A DNA stretch of 64,000 bases, taken from contig CDRNVI010000030.1 of the NCBI GenBank assembly GCA_977017575.1, forward strand, positions 186,001-250,000, read 5' to 3'. The translations under genes were made by a program, and so were the position numbers. Of this stretch, positions 44,376 to 56,040 are shown in pieces (positions within the stretch are counted from its first letter, which is position 1; the number at the start of each line of letters is the position of its first letter). This stretch comes from Paramoeba atlantica (lineage: Eukaryota > Protista > Discosea). The notes below the pieces were generated by a model. The model ran no database searches, was not told the DNA's origin, and saw nothing but the letters and a program-made list of their open reading frames with translations.

Positions 44376-47340
44376 TAATTTATCATACCTTTATAAGGCA
44401 GAGAATATGCGGATAGGCGTGGGGGGCGCATATGACGCTGCCCAGACCTATCTTTTACAGACGTTATACCCGTCCTTCTGTCCAAACGGCAGACTCGCGG
44501 TTCTGCCAGATAATGAAACTGCCTCGAAGGGCGGTCTGCATTAGACTTTCTCGACATTTTTCCGCATGCTTTGTGTCCTCGTCAAAGAGGAGGTTGAGGT
44601 TTCGACAAGATGTGAGTAACGAGCCGCGGGCTCCCACTTCGAATACAACAAGGGTCGTCCTAGGGTGATTAATGCGTCGTTCATGGAAGAGAGCATTATA
44701 TTTACGGGATTTGCCCTCGCGCGCCTGAGACTGGTTCTCTTCCCAGGGCACAGTGAGCTCAATGATGAACTCACTTCCATCCTTAAGTGTAATCAAACCG
44801 TCGGGGCGAAGAAGGTCCTCACGGGTGCCGAGCCATGCCGGGGCATTCCTAAATCCGGGGATATCTAGGTGTACGCTCTTGGTATACGGCGAACGCAGCA
44901 AGTGTTTTCCGAGCTCTTCAAGTAACATGTCATGACGGAGGGTGTATCTCCCTTGCTGAAGGGACTCTTTGCACCCCGAGAGCACGTGCCTTGTTGTTTG
45001 AGATTCGAGTTTACATATGGGACATGTTACACTCGCACGCCGGAGACCCCAAAGCCAAAGATTGGTTCTGGATGGTAGGGGTGAAAGCGTTAGTACTGAA
45101 GCTGCGAAGCGAGAAAGTTTTTCACTGTTGAGGTTGTTCAGGGCCGCTGAGAACTCTTTCGCGAGATCAGCCTCGGAGGGGAGGCTCCACCATTTTGCTG
45201 CTGTCGGTGCCCGTCTCTGAAGCTGATTTATGACGTAAAATTCATGGTTATCACGGGCTATCTGTTGCGCCTTCCGCGCGTCATGAAGGTGTTGAATGGC
45301 GTCAGCGCTTGGACGAATATAACCAGAGGATCGTTTTTCTTCTTCTTGCTTGATTCGGGCTCGTAGCGCCGCCTGTATCGATGGGTCCCGCGACTTGTGC
45401 ATCTGTGTTAAGGCTAGGATAGAGCATTCGGACCACAGCTTGGATAAACTTTTAAGGTTCCACCCTCGTTCAGTATAAAGAATTTCGGTGCAAGTCGTGG
45501 ATGCTGCATTGATCCATTTCTTAAGGTGACGTGTAATTCTTTTCTGCAATCGCAATACAAAGTTGAAAGTGACACACGGGTGAACGGTGAGGGCGTAGCG
45601 CAGACGGGATACGATCGCTCTGTTGTAGATCCAAAGTTTTTCGGGGAGACTGTGTGCACTCTCGTCGACATTCCGAAGCCATGTTCTTAGTCTGACATCC
45701 AGCTTTTTGAAAAGTTCTTTCGCTTGCTGTGCTCCTGGTGCTATGGTCATTCCAAGAAAAGTGCTTCCACGGTCACATATATGTGGTATCGCTTTGCCTT
45801 CGATACTGAGTCTCGGCTTCCTGGTCATGTAACCCGGGTGCTCACTGCCTTCACGCATGGACATGCACTGTGTACGGCTCTTGTCTACGTTGATTGAGAG
45901 TCCTATTCGTCTCAGTGCAGTTTCGAGTGTGTTGGTCGCGTGCTGCGTGTCGGTTTCGCTGCTAGTCAGTATCGTCAGGTCGTCAACGTAGGCTTTCAGG
46001 AAATGCCTTGGAGTATCTGGGTAGTCAAGGCCATACCGGGGGCACGATTGCTTGAGGTATCGTAGTACAGTTTCCATCACTAAGTTGAAAATTATGGGTG
46101 ACAGGGTATCACCTTGTAGCACGCCTCTGTGTATCGGTATAGCACGTGACAAACCTTCGACACACTTAATACGCATTTCCGCATGTGAATACATGCTTTC
46201 AACGTAGGACACGATTTGTGGCGAGACGTTTGCCCATCGCAGTGCCTCGAAGATGATGTTATGGGGGACCGAGCCGAATGCATTGCTGAGATCAAACTGC
46301 GTGAGACAATATTGCCTTTTGTTTCGGCGGTAGTATTGTAGTATTTCGGAGAGAGCTTGCGTGTGTTCCAGTGTACCACTCATCTTCGGAAGAAAGCCTT
46401 TTTGAACGCTTGTATCTAGGAGGCCGGAGGACACGGTATGCGTCAAAATTTGGTGTCCGATCATGCTATTGAAAAGTTTGCCTAGAGCGCTAGTCAGGGA
46501 GATAGGTCTCCAGTTTTTCGGGATGTGTTTTTCGCCTCCTTTGTGAATGAGTTTAACTACGGCGGAGGACCAGCATGGCGGGCAGACGCCGTAGCGCAGA
46601 AGATCATTAAACGTGTTCGCTATACGGGGGTACAGGTATTTGCATTGTTTTAGAAGTGCGTTTGTAATCGTATCACGCTCTGGCGCGCTTGCGCTTCTTT
46701 TGCTGCTGAGCGCGTCTTCGACATCTTGCGCGGTCAGTGGAGACCATTCCATTTCGTTGATGGGTAGAGGACCAAGTACGTTGTTCGGCGGCAGGCGATG
46801 CTCTTCGGCGGGAGGTGCTGTGCTTTCTGTGAAATATTTTTCTATCGTAGGTAAATCACATTCAGGATATTCGGCGGTGGCGGAGGTCGAGGGGCGGTCC
46901 AAGGCCTCGGATGCTGCTGTCCACGGGTTCCGCGTGAATCTGCTATGGGCCCATTGTCTTTCTAGCTGTTTCCTATGTGCTTTGGCCTCTTCTGTGTATG
47001 TTTTCTCTAGCTTCTCACTTTCCTTAATGCAGCGACGGAGCTCTTGGCGTTCCGTTCCGTGTGTGTAGCGTAGTGATTTCTTTTGGTTGCGTATGTGTTT
47101 CGTCATTTCGTGGGCTGCATTTTCAGACGAAAGTGGCCGGTGCTTGAATCAGGCGTGTCTGCGTTTCGATCGCGTGAGGAAACCTTTAGTGGGGTTAATC
47201 TCTTGTGCAATTTCGTATGCCGCCACTGCCAGAGAGGCACCCAGGAGTTCTGCGTTTTTCACTGCGATTTCCGGGGTGTCTACAGTTGGATATTGCAGCC
47301 TTCGGCATGTATCGTATGCCTTGTTTTCAACCCCCCTTCA
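44376..47340 (-). mobile_element. Second HERO-like non-LTR retrotransposon, 5'-truncated
   Basis: Open RT-RLE ORF; upstream NAELLGASLAVAAYEIAQEINPTKGFL is homologous to the ORF1 end of element 1; shared 3' motif ATGATAAnnTATAT. Confidence 0.9.
44464..47106 (-). CDS. Reverse transcriptase plus CCHC finger plus restriction-like endonuclease (880 aa)
   Basis: QFDLSNAFGSVPH, GVLQGDTLSP, YVDDL, CPIC...HVLSGC, RHD, RPDG, ELTVPWEE, KSRKY. Confidence 0.95.
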   Translation of the reverse strand: MTKHIRNQKKSLRYTHGTERQELRRCIKESEKLEKTYTEEAKAHRKQLERQWAHSRFTRNPWTAASEALDRPSTSATAEYPECDLPTIEKYFTESTAPPAEEHRLPPNNVLGPLPINEMEWSPLTAQDVEDALSSKRSASAPERDTITNALLKQCKYLYPRIANTFNDLLRYGVCPPCWSSAVVKLIHKGGEKHIPKNWRPISLTSALGKLFNSMIGHQILTHTVSSGLLDTSVQKGFLPKMSGTLEHTQALSEILQYYRRNKRQYCLTQFDLSNAFGSVPHNIIFEALRWANVSPQIVSYVESMYSHAEMRIKCVEGLSRAIPIHRGVLQGDTLSPIIFNLVMETVLRYLKQSCPRYGLDYPDTPRHFLKAYVDDLTILTSSETDTQHATNTLETALRRIGLSINVDKSRTQCMSMREGSEHPGYMTRKPRLSIEGKAIPHICDRGSTFLGMTIAPGAQQAKELFKKLDVRLRTWLRNVDESAHSLPEKLWIYNRAIVSRLRYALTVHPCVTFNFVLRLQKRITRHLKKWINAASTTCTEILYTERGWNLKSLSKLWSECSILALTQMHKSRDPSIQAALRARIKQEEEKRSSGYIRPSADAIQHLHDARKAQQIARDNHEFYVINQLQRRAPTAAKWWSLPSEADLAKEFSAALNNLNSEKLSRFAASVLTLSPLPSRTNLWLWGLRRASVTCPICKLESQTTRHVLSGCKESLQQGRYTLRHDMLLEELGKHLLRSPYTKSVHLDIPGFRNAPAWLGTREDLLRPDGLITLKDGSEFIIELTVPWEENQSQAREGKSRKYNALFHERRINHPRTTLVVFEVGARGSLLTSCRNLNLLFDEDTKHAEKCRESLMQTALRGSFIIWQNRESAVWTEGRV

Positions 47341-47351
47341 TCAATAAGGTC

Positions 47352-47615
47352 CTAATGGACCGTAGTTGTGGCCACTATCAATATTTGATCGTTGCCACGC
47401 TGGATCGCCATCCCGATGGCCGTCAGCGCGTGCTCTGTGAAGCCTCTTGGGCTTGGGGTTCGTCTCCCCAATTTCCTCAGAAAGGAGAGTGTCGCATTTC
47501 CGCGAACTCCGAAAACCGCAAATGCTAACGGGAAGGGCGCCTTCGCTCTCTGACTTGCCAACCCCCCATACTTCTTAAGTTTGTCGACATCCGCTTTTGC
47601 TGTCAGGGGATTATA
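47352..47615 (-). pseudogene. CRE-clade endonuclease C-terminal fragment
   Basis: NPLTAKADVDKLKKYG...PLAFAVFGVRG...FLRKL...AIQRGN. Confidence 0.7.
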
Positions 47616-48189
47616 ATGAGGCGTGAGAAAAAAGGTCTTCGGATGAGTTAATAATACCACCCCGCCACGCTCCGCTCTGCGAATTCCAGCGCCACCGCCA
47701 ACCTCACCACGAACGCCACCGCCACCTCGTTCGCCGTCGATAGCTCCCCCGCATCCCTCAACGACTTCACCTGCTCCTGCGTTCACCCCGCGAAAAAGCT
47801 TCATCAGGAGTTTTCCCTACCAAGAAAACGGAACATCGCCCCAAACTAAAATTCGTAATCGGCGAATCATCTCCCCGAATTCGTACGTTTGAGAAAGAGC
47901 TCTCTCAGAAGCATGCGAAAGGAGATAGGAGTTATCCATCAAAGGCGAAATCGAGTTACGAGTCTACACAGAATCGCACAGAAACATTACCGTCATCACA
48001 AGGAATGCCACGCGACTGGGAACCAATGGATCAAGAGTGCCCAATCGCATCGTTCCATCCGCTCCCGCTCCCGCAAGAGCTGCCCCGAGAACCGCTCGTC
48101 AGGGCATCCGGCTTATGTCGGATGATGGGGCTTAGCGACCCCAGCCTCCCGAGCTCGCTCAGCCGTCGTCAACATAACAAGACGCTAAA

Positions 48190-49020
48190 GAACTAGGGTG
48201 AGCAGGATTTTCCGTCATTTTTGAAGATGAGACTACCCAGTGCCAACATAACAAGACAACAAAGTTGTACCTGAATATACCTGAAGAAATACTCTGAGGA
48301 TTTTGGCCCGTTCCTCTACCTGGAGGGAAGGTGGCGCTGACCGAGCCCAACTCGACAGCAGACGTTTTATTCTATGAACGTTTGTTGGTACATCGTTCGT
48401 GTGCGACATTACGCGGATGAAGAGAAGCGGTGGAATTGAACCAAGTTTGCACACTTTTTCAAGAAAAAGAAATACTGTTTTTTTTTCATTGTTTTTGGTT
48501 TTTGTGTCTTTCTAAATACAGTACGTACTTCTAACTACAGTACGTAGTTTGAAGTCTTTGCTAGTATTTTTGACCCTTTTACATTCTCAGGTACTGATTA
48601 AATCATGGTAAATGACCACGATGGTGGGTTTTGTTGCGGATGTACGGAAATGATCTCCGAGCCATAACTGAGAAGTGTAATGGCTCATTGCGGGTTCAAG
48701 AGCAAAGCCCGCTGGTGCGGATGTGGCATTGTTCTGTGCGGAGATAGTCTTGTGTGCGTAGCTTTGTTTTTGTCGCGACTTTATTGATATTTAGTTACTT
48801 TTAGGAGAATTTTTGAACAGTGTGCAAACGTGGTTCAATCTGACCAGAAAAGCAGATAGAGATAGCTAAAACGTCTGCGAAAAATTTTACAGTATTAAGT
48901 TAATGCTAGAAGTTGGTAGCCTAAGTGACTTTCCAAACAGAATACAAAAAAGGTAAAATCAAATTTACCGAATCGGTCCCACTACACAAACATTCTTCAG
49001 CCTCTATTTTGTGCACAATA
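48190..49020 (-). repeat. Scrambled duplicates of the pogo element 5' region
   Basis: ~48310-48430 matches 51680-51795; ~48860-49010 matches 51815-51950. Confidence 0.75.
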
Positions 49021-49269
49021 AATGGGGGTAAGGGGGGGTAGCATACTTAGTATCCACATACCCTGGATGTGATAATCTGGTAATCTGGATGTGGTAATTA
49101 CCACACGCAGGGAAATGGGTGGTAATTATCACTGTTCCATTACCTAATTACCTACTAAGTTGAGAGAAAAATGACCTTTTGATTCGTAACCTTTTAGTAT
49201 CTTGAGCTGCAACTATGATTCAGTTTGGGCGAAAGAAAATACGGGGAAGAATATGGTAAAATGGAAATT

Positions 49270-49500
49270 TGTGAGGCAAACGAATACACGCGGATTTCGT
49301 AAAAACGATCTGCATTGGACCAAGTGTGCATGGGAAGTTTAAATGACTCCTGTTTACCTACCGCTATCGTAGTCGATGATTTTACGGCTCATCGAATCAG
49401 CGATCTACCGACGAATAGCGATATACACCGCGTTTCAGTGGGGTGCACTCATTTGATTCAAGTACATGATCTGTTCATTCATCTTCACTTTAAAAGATGC
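49270..49500 (+). pseudogene. pogo-like catalytic fragment
   Basis: IVVDDFTAH...VGCTHLIQVHDLFIHLHFKR. Confidence 0.75.
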
Positions 49501-49575
49501 TAAAAAAATCTTTTTGTACGTGTCGCTCTAATGCTCAGACATACGAAAACATTTCACGATAACGTGTACGTAGTA

Positions 49576-52054
49576 CTGTGACCCCCCCTTTAATATGCAC
49601 ATGTTTTTGGAGTTTGTGCATAATAAAGGGGGGGGGTTGCATAATAAAGGGGGGGTGCATAATAAAGGGGGGTGCATAATAAAGGGGGGGGTGCATAATA
49701 AGGGGGGGTACATAATAAAGGGGGGAAGAAAAGGGTGAAACAAGGGGATGGTGGAAAGTGCGTACATGGTGCCAATGACATCGGTAGCGAAGCAAGGGTC
49801 GATGACGGAGGGGAAGAGAGTGAAGGAACTGTTCTCGAGCAAAGATATTTTTCATGAAGCTTGTGTAACACTAATAAACAAGAAAGTGCTTAAAGTAAAA
49901 AATATAAAAGAATGTGTATACCTAAATACTAGTTACTAATGTAACTGATTCATAGGATACTATAATATTATTTCGAGTTTGTTGAACGCCCATAGTAGAA
50001 TATGCCTGGAGAATCACTCCGAGGACTTACACGACACCGAGTAAAAACCACAGAAAAACCCAGTTCCGTGGTAAAAAATAATATTACAATATGAACCGTT
50101 GCTGTGGACGGAAATAAAGCTCGGGAGGTGAGGTTCGCTAAGCCCCAACATTTGCTTGACAATGTCCCTGACCCCATAAAGTTTTCAACTGTTAACGGAC
50201 TCATCTTCAAAGTTCAAATCATTCACTAAATTCACAATTATAGAACAATCAGAATCAGAATCATCTTCCGACACGTTCTCCACGGACACTTCTCCAAGGG
50301 TTTCTTCGGAATTTGTTGTTCGTTCAGGGGGTAGAGGAATTCCTGGACCACGAGACCACCAGGACCTGGAAAGATGTTTTCGTCCTGGTTTTTGGTTTCC
50401 GTGTCAGATGTTTTGGACCCAGGTTTGGCTTTTTCTACCCAAGGGTACTCCTTTGCAGGTCGCTGGATATATATATGGACGACAGATAATATGGAATTCT
50501 CATTTTTCAACCACACGCGTGAGTGCGCATCTTTTATCCACTGTAGTACCAGAGCGCGAGATACTTTCTGAGAAGTGTTGTCGAGTCGACACGCACTCAG
50601 AATCTCATTGTATTCACGCTTGAATAATCGGTTAAAAACTCGGGTATGCACTTGTATCGCCTTTGTGCAACCTCCTGGTATCGTATGTGGATCGCAATGT
50701 GGAGGAATATTATCTGTTCGGTGCCCGGTATAATCATCCGTAATAATGACGGTAGATGGGTTTTCGAGCGTATAGGGGAGATACTTATGAAGCATTCGCG
50801 GATAAATATCTCCCTTTACCCAACCAGATTGACTAACATCCGCGTATATTCCAGTAAGAGCGGAAGCCTGGCGCGTCATTTCAGCATAAATGCCAGAACT
50901 CTCACGATTCTTGGCGCTGTGGTTGAATATAACAGTTGGGTAAAGAGGGTAAACCTTATCTAGAGAAAAGTCATATATTCCAGCCAGGAAGACGGTAACG
51001 GTTTCCTTAGGATTTGTGTCGACCACCTTCGGTTGCGGGTATCCGATCTGCGCTAGCGTATATCCTTGTACCTGACCGTTTACGAACATCGCCGTTTCGT
51101 CCCCGAAAAAAGCAAAATGATATTTCCGAACAGCATTCTGAAGGTAAAATTTTTGCGCCCACTGTGATATCCTATGTTCCACGTCTGCCGGAGCCAGGCA
51201 CTGTATCCTTCCCCATCTTCTCCAAACCCACCCATAATGCTTCCGAAAGCGTGCATATGTGTCTTCCAATGCTGAAACCGAAGTCAACTGCGTGTTTTGG
51301 CGTATTAGATCGATTACAATGGATTTGGTCAAGGGACACCACAAGGAAGATGCCTTTTCACAAGCACGATGGACTTCACATATTGCCTCCGCCTTATTGT
51401 ACGTGACAGACTCCGGGTCGTTGTAATCACCTCCTTTGGTGTTAAACCCTCTGTTACGATGCTGGTTCCCCATATCTCGATTTACTAATTTTTGATAATT
51501 CAATATCCCAGTCGCACGGATGTCGTACACTGTTCTCCGAGATATCCCGTGCTTTTCTCGAATAGCCTTCACCGAATCCTGGGATCGACAAATCTCGCGT
51601 TTGTCGTAAATTGTGAGTTCAACTCGCTGCCGCTTTTTTTCGATTATCGTTGGAGGTGCATTCGTTTGTAGAACAGGTGCCCGTTCCCCTACCTGGGGGA
51701 GGGTGGCGCTGACCGAGCCCAACTCGACAGCGGACCTTTTATCATATGCACGGTTGTCGGTACACCGTCCGTGTGCGGCATGTGTTGACGAAGAGAAATA
51801 GATAGAGCAGATAGAGAAAGCTAAAAAGTCTACAGTATTGAGTAACTTAATGTTGGAAGTTGGTAGCCTAAGTGACTTTCCAAACAGAATAAAAAAAGGA
51901 AAAATCAAATCGGTCCCACCACACGAACTTTCTTCAGCTTCAATTTTGTGCATATTAAAGGGGAGGGTCCCACCAGACATATTTTCTTCAGCCTCCATTT
52001 TGTGCATATTAAAGGGGGGTAAGAGGGGGTGGATATTAAAGGGGGGGGTCACAG
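49576..52054 (-). mobile_element. pogo/Tigger-type DNA transposon (2479 bp), TA flanks, subterminal repeats
   Basis: TA|CTGTGACCCCCCCTTTAATAT ... ATATTAAAGGGGGGGGTCACAG|TA; about six GCATAATAAAGGGGG(G) repeats at ~49615-49725. Confidence 0.9.
50238..52052 (-). CDS. pogo-like transposase (CENP-B-like HTH plus DDE_1); true start uncertain
   Basis: RQRVELTIYDKREI, GISRRTVYDI, FGDET, QSGW, TDDYTGH, IPGGCTKAIQVHT. Confidence 0.85.
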   Translation of the reverse strand: MTPPFNIHPLLPPFNMHKMEAEENMSGGTLPFNMHKIEAEESSCGGTDLIFPFFILFGKSLRLPTSNIKLLNTVDFLAFSICSIYFSSSTHAAHGRCTDNRAYDKRSAVELGSVSATLPQVGERAPVLQTNAPPTIIEKKRQRVELTIYDKREICRSQDSVKAIREKHGISRRTVYDIRATGILNYQKLVNRDMGNQHRNRGFNTKGGDYNDPESVTYNKAEAICEVHRACEKASSLWCPLTKSIVIDLIRQNTQLTSVSALEDTYARFRKHYGWVWRRWGRIQCLAPADVEHRISQWAQKFYLQNAVRKYHFAFFGDETAMFVNGQVQGYTLAQIGYPQPKVVDTNPKETVTVFLAGIYDFSLDKVYPLYPTVIFNHSAKNRESSGIYAEMTRQASALTGIYADVSQSGWVKGDIYPRMLHKYLPYTLENPSTVIITDDYTGHRTDNIPPHCDPHTIPGGCTKAIQVHTRVFNRLFKREYNEILSACRLDNTSQKVSRALVLQWIKDAHSRVWLKNENSILSVVHIYIQRPAKEYPWVEKAKPGSKTSDTETKNQDENIFPGPGGLVVQEFLYPLNEQQIPKKPLEKCPWRTCRKMILILIVL

Positions 52055-53050
52055 TAATACAATTGGTGGGGGAGACGCACGCAAAAACCTGGTCGACATA
52101 TGTGTGTATACGACACAGATTTCAGATGGTATAACAGGCCGTTATACCCACGAAAATCATAGTCTAACTAGTATACTAGTATATACTAAAACACTAGTAT
52201 TCGGCTAGTATATACTATAGTATATACTATGAGATACTACTTTTTTGTAGACTGGGTATTTACTAATCGTAATCAACGGACGCATGGAAAACTTCAAGCA
52301 ATTCAACGTTCAAGACAAAGGAAGCAGGAGAATATGCTGAATGCTTCATTCTCCAACAGTTACTTAACAAATCAACCAATAAACTTCCTTAAAAATCAGG
52401 AATTGATTTGGTTTACCACAGCGCAGATGCGCACAGAGAGGTGAAAGGATGCTTATCCTGAGCGAAAGTTGAGTCGAGTGCGTGGAAAAGTGAGTTAAGG
52501 GGTGAAAGGAGCTCAGATCTCGCATTCCGCGCACAAACGCTTCCTCACATATTTTTCATTGGTATATGATGTAAGAAAAGAAACAGATCAAGAGCGTGTA
52601 GCACGAATATACGAATAAAATTAATATATTGTAGTGTAATAAAAAATACTAAACGTGGCTATTTTCATCAATGCATAAATATTTATTTATATGTTATTCT
52701 GAATTGATAAAGATACCTGAAGGAATACTTCAAGGACTTACACGACACTGAGTTAAACCACAGAACCCAGTTCCGACGTCAATACATAGTGCGTAATAGT
52801 ACAATAAACCGTTGCTGTGGACGAAAAAAGTATTTCGCTTGTTGAACACTGAGAAAAAAACCAGAGAAAAATATCTCAGATACGGAGAAGAAATACCACA
52901 AAACGGAGCTCTGGACGTACGAATATTATCGCAATATTACCACATATTCTATTTACCGCAATTCAATTGATATTTACCGCAATGTATACCCTGTATGCTA
53001 CGATACTCTATATGTATAATACTCTGTGCGCCATGTAGTTCGATATTGTT

Positions 53051-55013
53051 TTATATGGAGTGTTCCGTGTCAGATCCACGCTTTGCCGCCTTTTTTGCAC
53101 GACTTGTACGATACGGTAGCGAGTTCTCGTTTCCGCGAAGAAACATTTGTGTCGCTACAACATCTGTTCCAATGCGAGCTTGACGGGCACAATATTTCCA
53201 GGAAAGCACCGAAAGGATAGAGTCACATGCCGTCACTAGCGGAGGAAGCCATAGGTAATGCAATGCAGCTTCAAAAATTGTCGGAAAATGTTTCAACCCA
53301 AGTGTTTGCCACCACTCAAGATCGCTCATGCCGGGTGTCCACTGGTAATCGTCGCAGTTTACGTACGTACTCCATTCCTCAATAGTAATGTCGAAAATCG
53401 GGTCGCCAGTTCCCAACAAATCATTTACCCGTTTCACTGAAAGGGATTCCTTCTTGCGAGGTCGAGCGGATAAGAGGATCCACTCAGGCGAAAACCACAT
53501 CACAGCTGCCCATACCTTCATCTCGTGGTTTGAGCATACTCTATTGACGTGCCGATGTATCGACTCTAAGAAATGCCTGGGTGAATTCTCAGCAGACTCG
53601 ACAAGCTGTCGCAAAGTTGGATGAACAAGAGTTGCCATAGGACGATCCTACATGTCAGAGAATTTTTCTTGTGCGATGCGTAACGGCATACAGTCTTTCA
53701 GGAAATCCTTCGCAGACTGCATCAAGTCGTTCGAAGAGTTGTTTTCGAACAAATCAGCCAAATGGTGGACAGATTGAGGGGCTCGCAGAGTTTCCAGTTC
53801 ACTTTTTATGAAGGATGCGACAGTAGGCAACTGATCAGCCAAAAACCTCATGCTTTCGAATTTATCCGCGAGCCATCGCGTGACCCCGCCAAGTTTGGGA
53901 GAAGTGACGGCTCGAATTTCATGAGAATATGCAATGGATTTCACCACACTAGCACCTTTCGCAATTAGAATCTCACATTGGTCTTCTATTTCCAGAGTTT
54001 GATTCAGTTCGGCAAACACATCGCGTGCCTTTAAAGATACTTTCGAGAGAGTTTGCAATGCTTCCTTGAGATGAGCTATGGTGTCCCTGCGACCCCTCTT
54101 GTCAAGGTTTTCGCTGTTCACAGAACGATAAAAAGATTTAAAGTACGATTCAGCTTTTTGAGTCTCTTCGTCAAAGGCGCTTAATATATCTTCAAGAGCT
54201 TTTCCGAAATACTTCCCCTTCTTTGCCCCCACACGGTCCCCTGCATAGAAAATCCTGGAGAAGTATGTTCTTACTTTCATAATTGGCAGATTTGCGTAGT
54301 GCTGCATTGCATCTTTGGCCATATTATGAAACAAGTGTCCGAAGCATGGTAATAGCGCGACACGTGGACAGTGCTTCGTCACGCCAATTACAATGTTCTC
54401 CCGGTCCGTGCTTCCGATAGAGCTGAGGCGCGAGTAAAATTCTTCCTCTGCGGAAACAAGAGAGTCACGAATGCCTAACATAGTGGTTTCTATTTCCTGC
54501 CTAGCCACATTATTTACTGGGGCTCCGTCTGCCATTATGAATCGCAACTTTAGGAGTCGGCTCTCGGAGAGGCATGACCGAAGTACTTCTATCAGGGATT
54601 GTGCCATCTCGCTACCGTTAAATGATTTGTGCTTAGGGTGGTAGATAGGTGGGAGAATAAAGTGGCGATCCACAACATACAAAATGGCGATAAGTACATG
54701 TTCGCTAAGAACCCTGTCAACTCCACCGTCGATTTGCGAGGCCAAAGAATTTAGCTCCATCTATGGTTCGTCGAATGTCTTCCCAGATCATGTCGGCAAT
54801 TCGACGTTCACTGATATGAAATTCGTGAGGAGAAGGAAGGATCGATGCAGCTTCTGAAGGATGTATGTCGGGGGGAAATTCTTGAAATAAGTTCTTTACG
54901 CACTCGAGGAATCCTTCGGTAGAAAGATTGCTCTGAGCTGCGAAACATGGGAGAGCTTCGGAGATGTACTCCTCTAGCGACTTGGGATTTGCAACTTCAC
55001 TGGAGTCTTCCAT
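53051..55013 (-). pseudogene. hAT-like transposase (frameshift at ~54750, in-frame TAG at 53648-53650)
   Basis: KFF..ASQIDG, MADGAPVN, CFGH, VTRW, and a C-terminal FPTIF...LWLPP...FLRGN dimerization-like region. Confidence 0.75.
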
Positions 55014-55343
55014 CCCCTGCTGCGCCTTCGAGCTTTCTTGTGTTTTCGGGGGTGGGGGTTGAAGGTGCGCTTTCCGAGTTCTTTGAACGTTGCGTCATTT
55101 AAAACAGTGAGTGACAAGGTGATTAAAGGAAGTGATAAGGTGTAAACAAAAAGGCTGAGCAATACTTGTGTACCAGTCCTAAATGTCGCAATAAAGACAA
55201 ATCTTTCCATTCATATACAGGGAAAAACTACATTTCTATAGACACTTAATAAGATTATAGACACCTTCGAAAAGTAGTATCTCATAGTATATACTATAGT
55301 ATATACTAAAATACTAATTAGACTATGGAAAATACAAGCAAAG

Positions 55344-56040
55344 ATGCCGATAAAGATTCCAATAAAGATTTCAGTCAAAAGACCCATCAAGGCCCTTTTA
55401 ATAGTTTCATCAGCTGTGATTGCTAATAAGGATTTGAAAGGTGGTACCACACCTATCACTGCTCGTGGAAACGATTTTTCTTCCTTCCTAGAAGCCCAAG
55501 ACGTAGATCGTGACGCAGACACGTCAACTTCTCCTCCGGAACAGGAAACACGACGGTGGAAGAGCTACCGACTGGCGGGCGCGCTAATCCCATCTTCTTA
55601 TTTGGATGGTATGTATCAGAAGGTTATTTCTCTTTTTAAAAGGCGCCATCCAGAACACGAGGTTCTTTTTCTTGGGCCTTTTGTTGTACGGATGTTACTG
55701 GCTCGTGGTACCCTGCCCTGCACTATTGACCACGGCACAAGAATTCATGCGTGCCTATTGTGTACCAACCATTTCGTACTTGTGATCGTCCGTGGACGTT
55801 CATAATCGTGTACGTTTCATAATCATAACTGTGTGCGATAGTATGCGGTCATATTCCCCTCACGCGGCTCCGCACAACATCCACTCATTTAAGACACGCA
55901 TAGCTGAACTCTTATGTTTATCTCCACGAACGTACATCATTTCTTATGTGCCCTGCGAGCAACAGGCTCCCGGTGAAAATAATTGCGCTATTCACGTTGT
56001 GAACAACTTGTATTTGTTTTTAAATTTATTGTTTTTTTAA
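55344..56040 (+). pseudogene. Ulp1/C48-like cysteine protease, frameshifted by a ~16-nt insertion at ~55800
   Basis: NHFVL (His), TVCDS (Asp), EQQAPGENNCAIHV (Gln, Cys) in the Ulp1 order. Confidence 0.7.

Noticed and set aside
49528-49871. Pro-rich ORFs (PPLLCTPP / YYAPP)
   Set aside because: Translations of the pogo subterminal tandem repeat.
47149-53650. Stop-codon reassignment suggested by in-frame TGA (retroelement) and TAG (hAT)
   Set aside because: Intact genes here terminate with TGA (LRR1, LRR10), TAG (LRR2) and TAA (Tc1), so all three stops are in use; the hAT copy also has a frameshift.
52989-55222. CCCTGTAT / ATACAGGG as hAT TIRs
   Set aside because: Only 8 bp match, no extension, no TSD identified.
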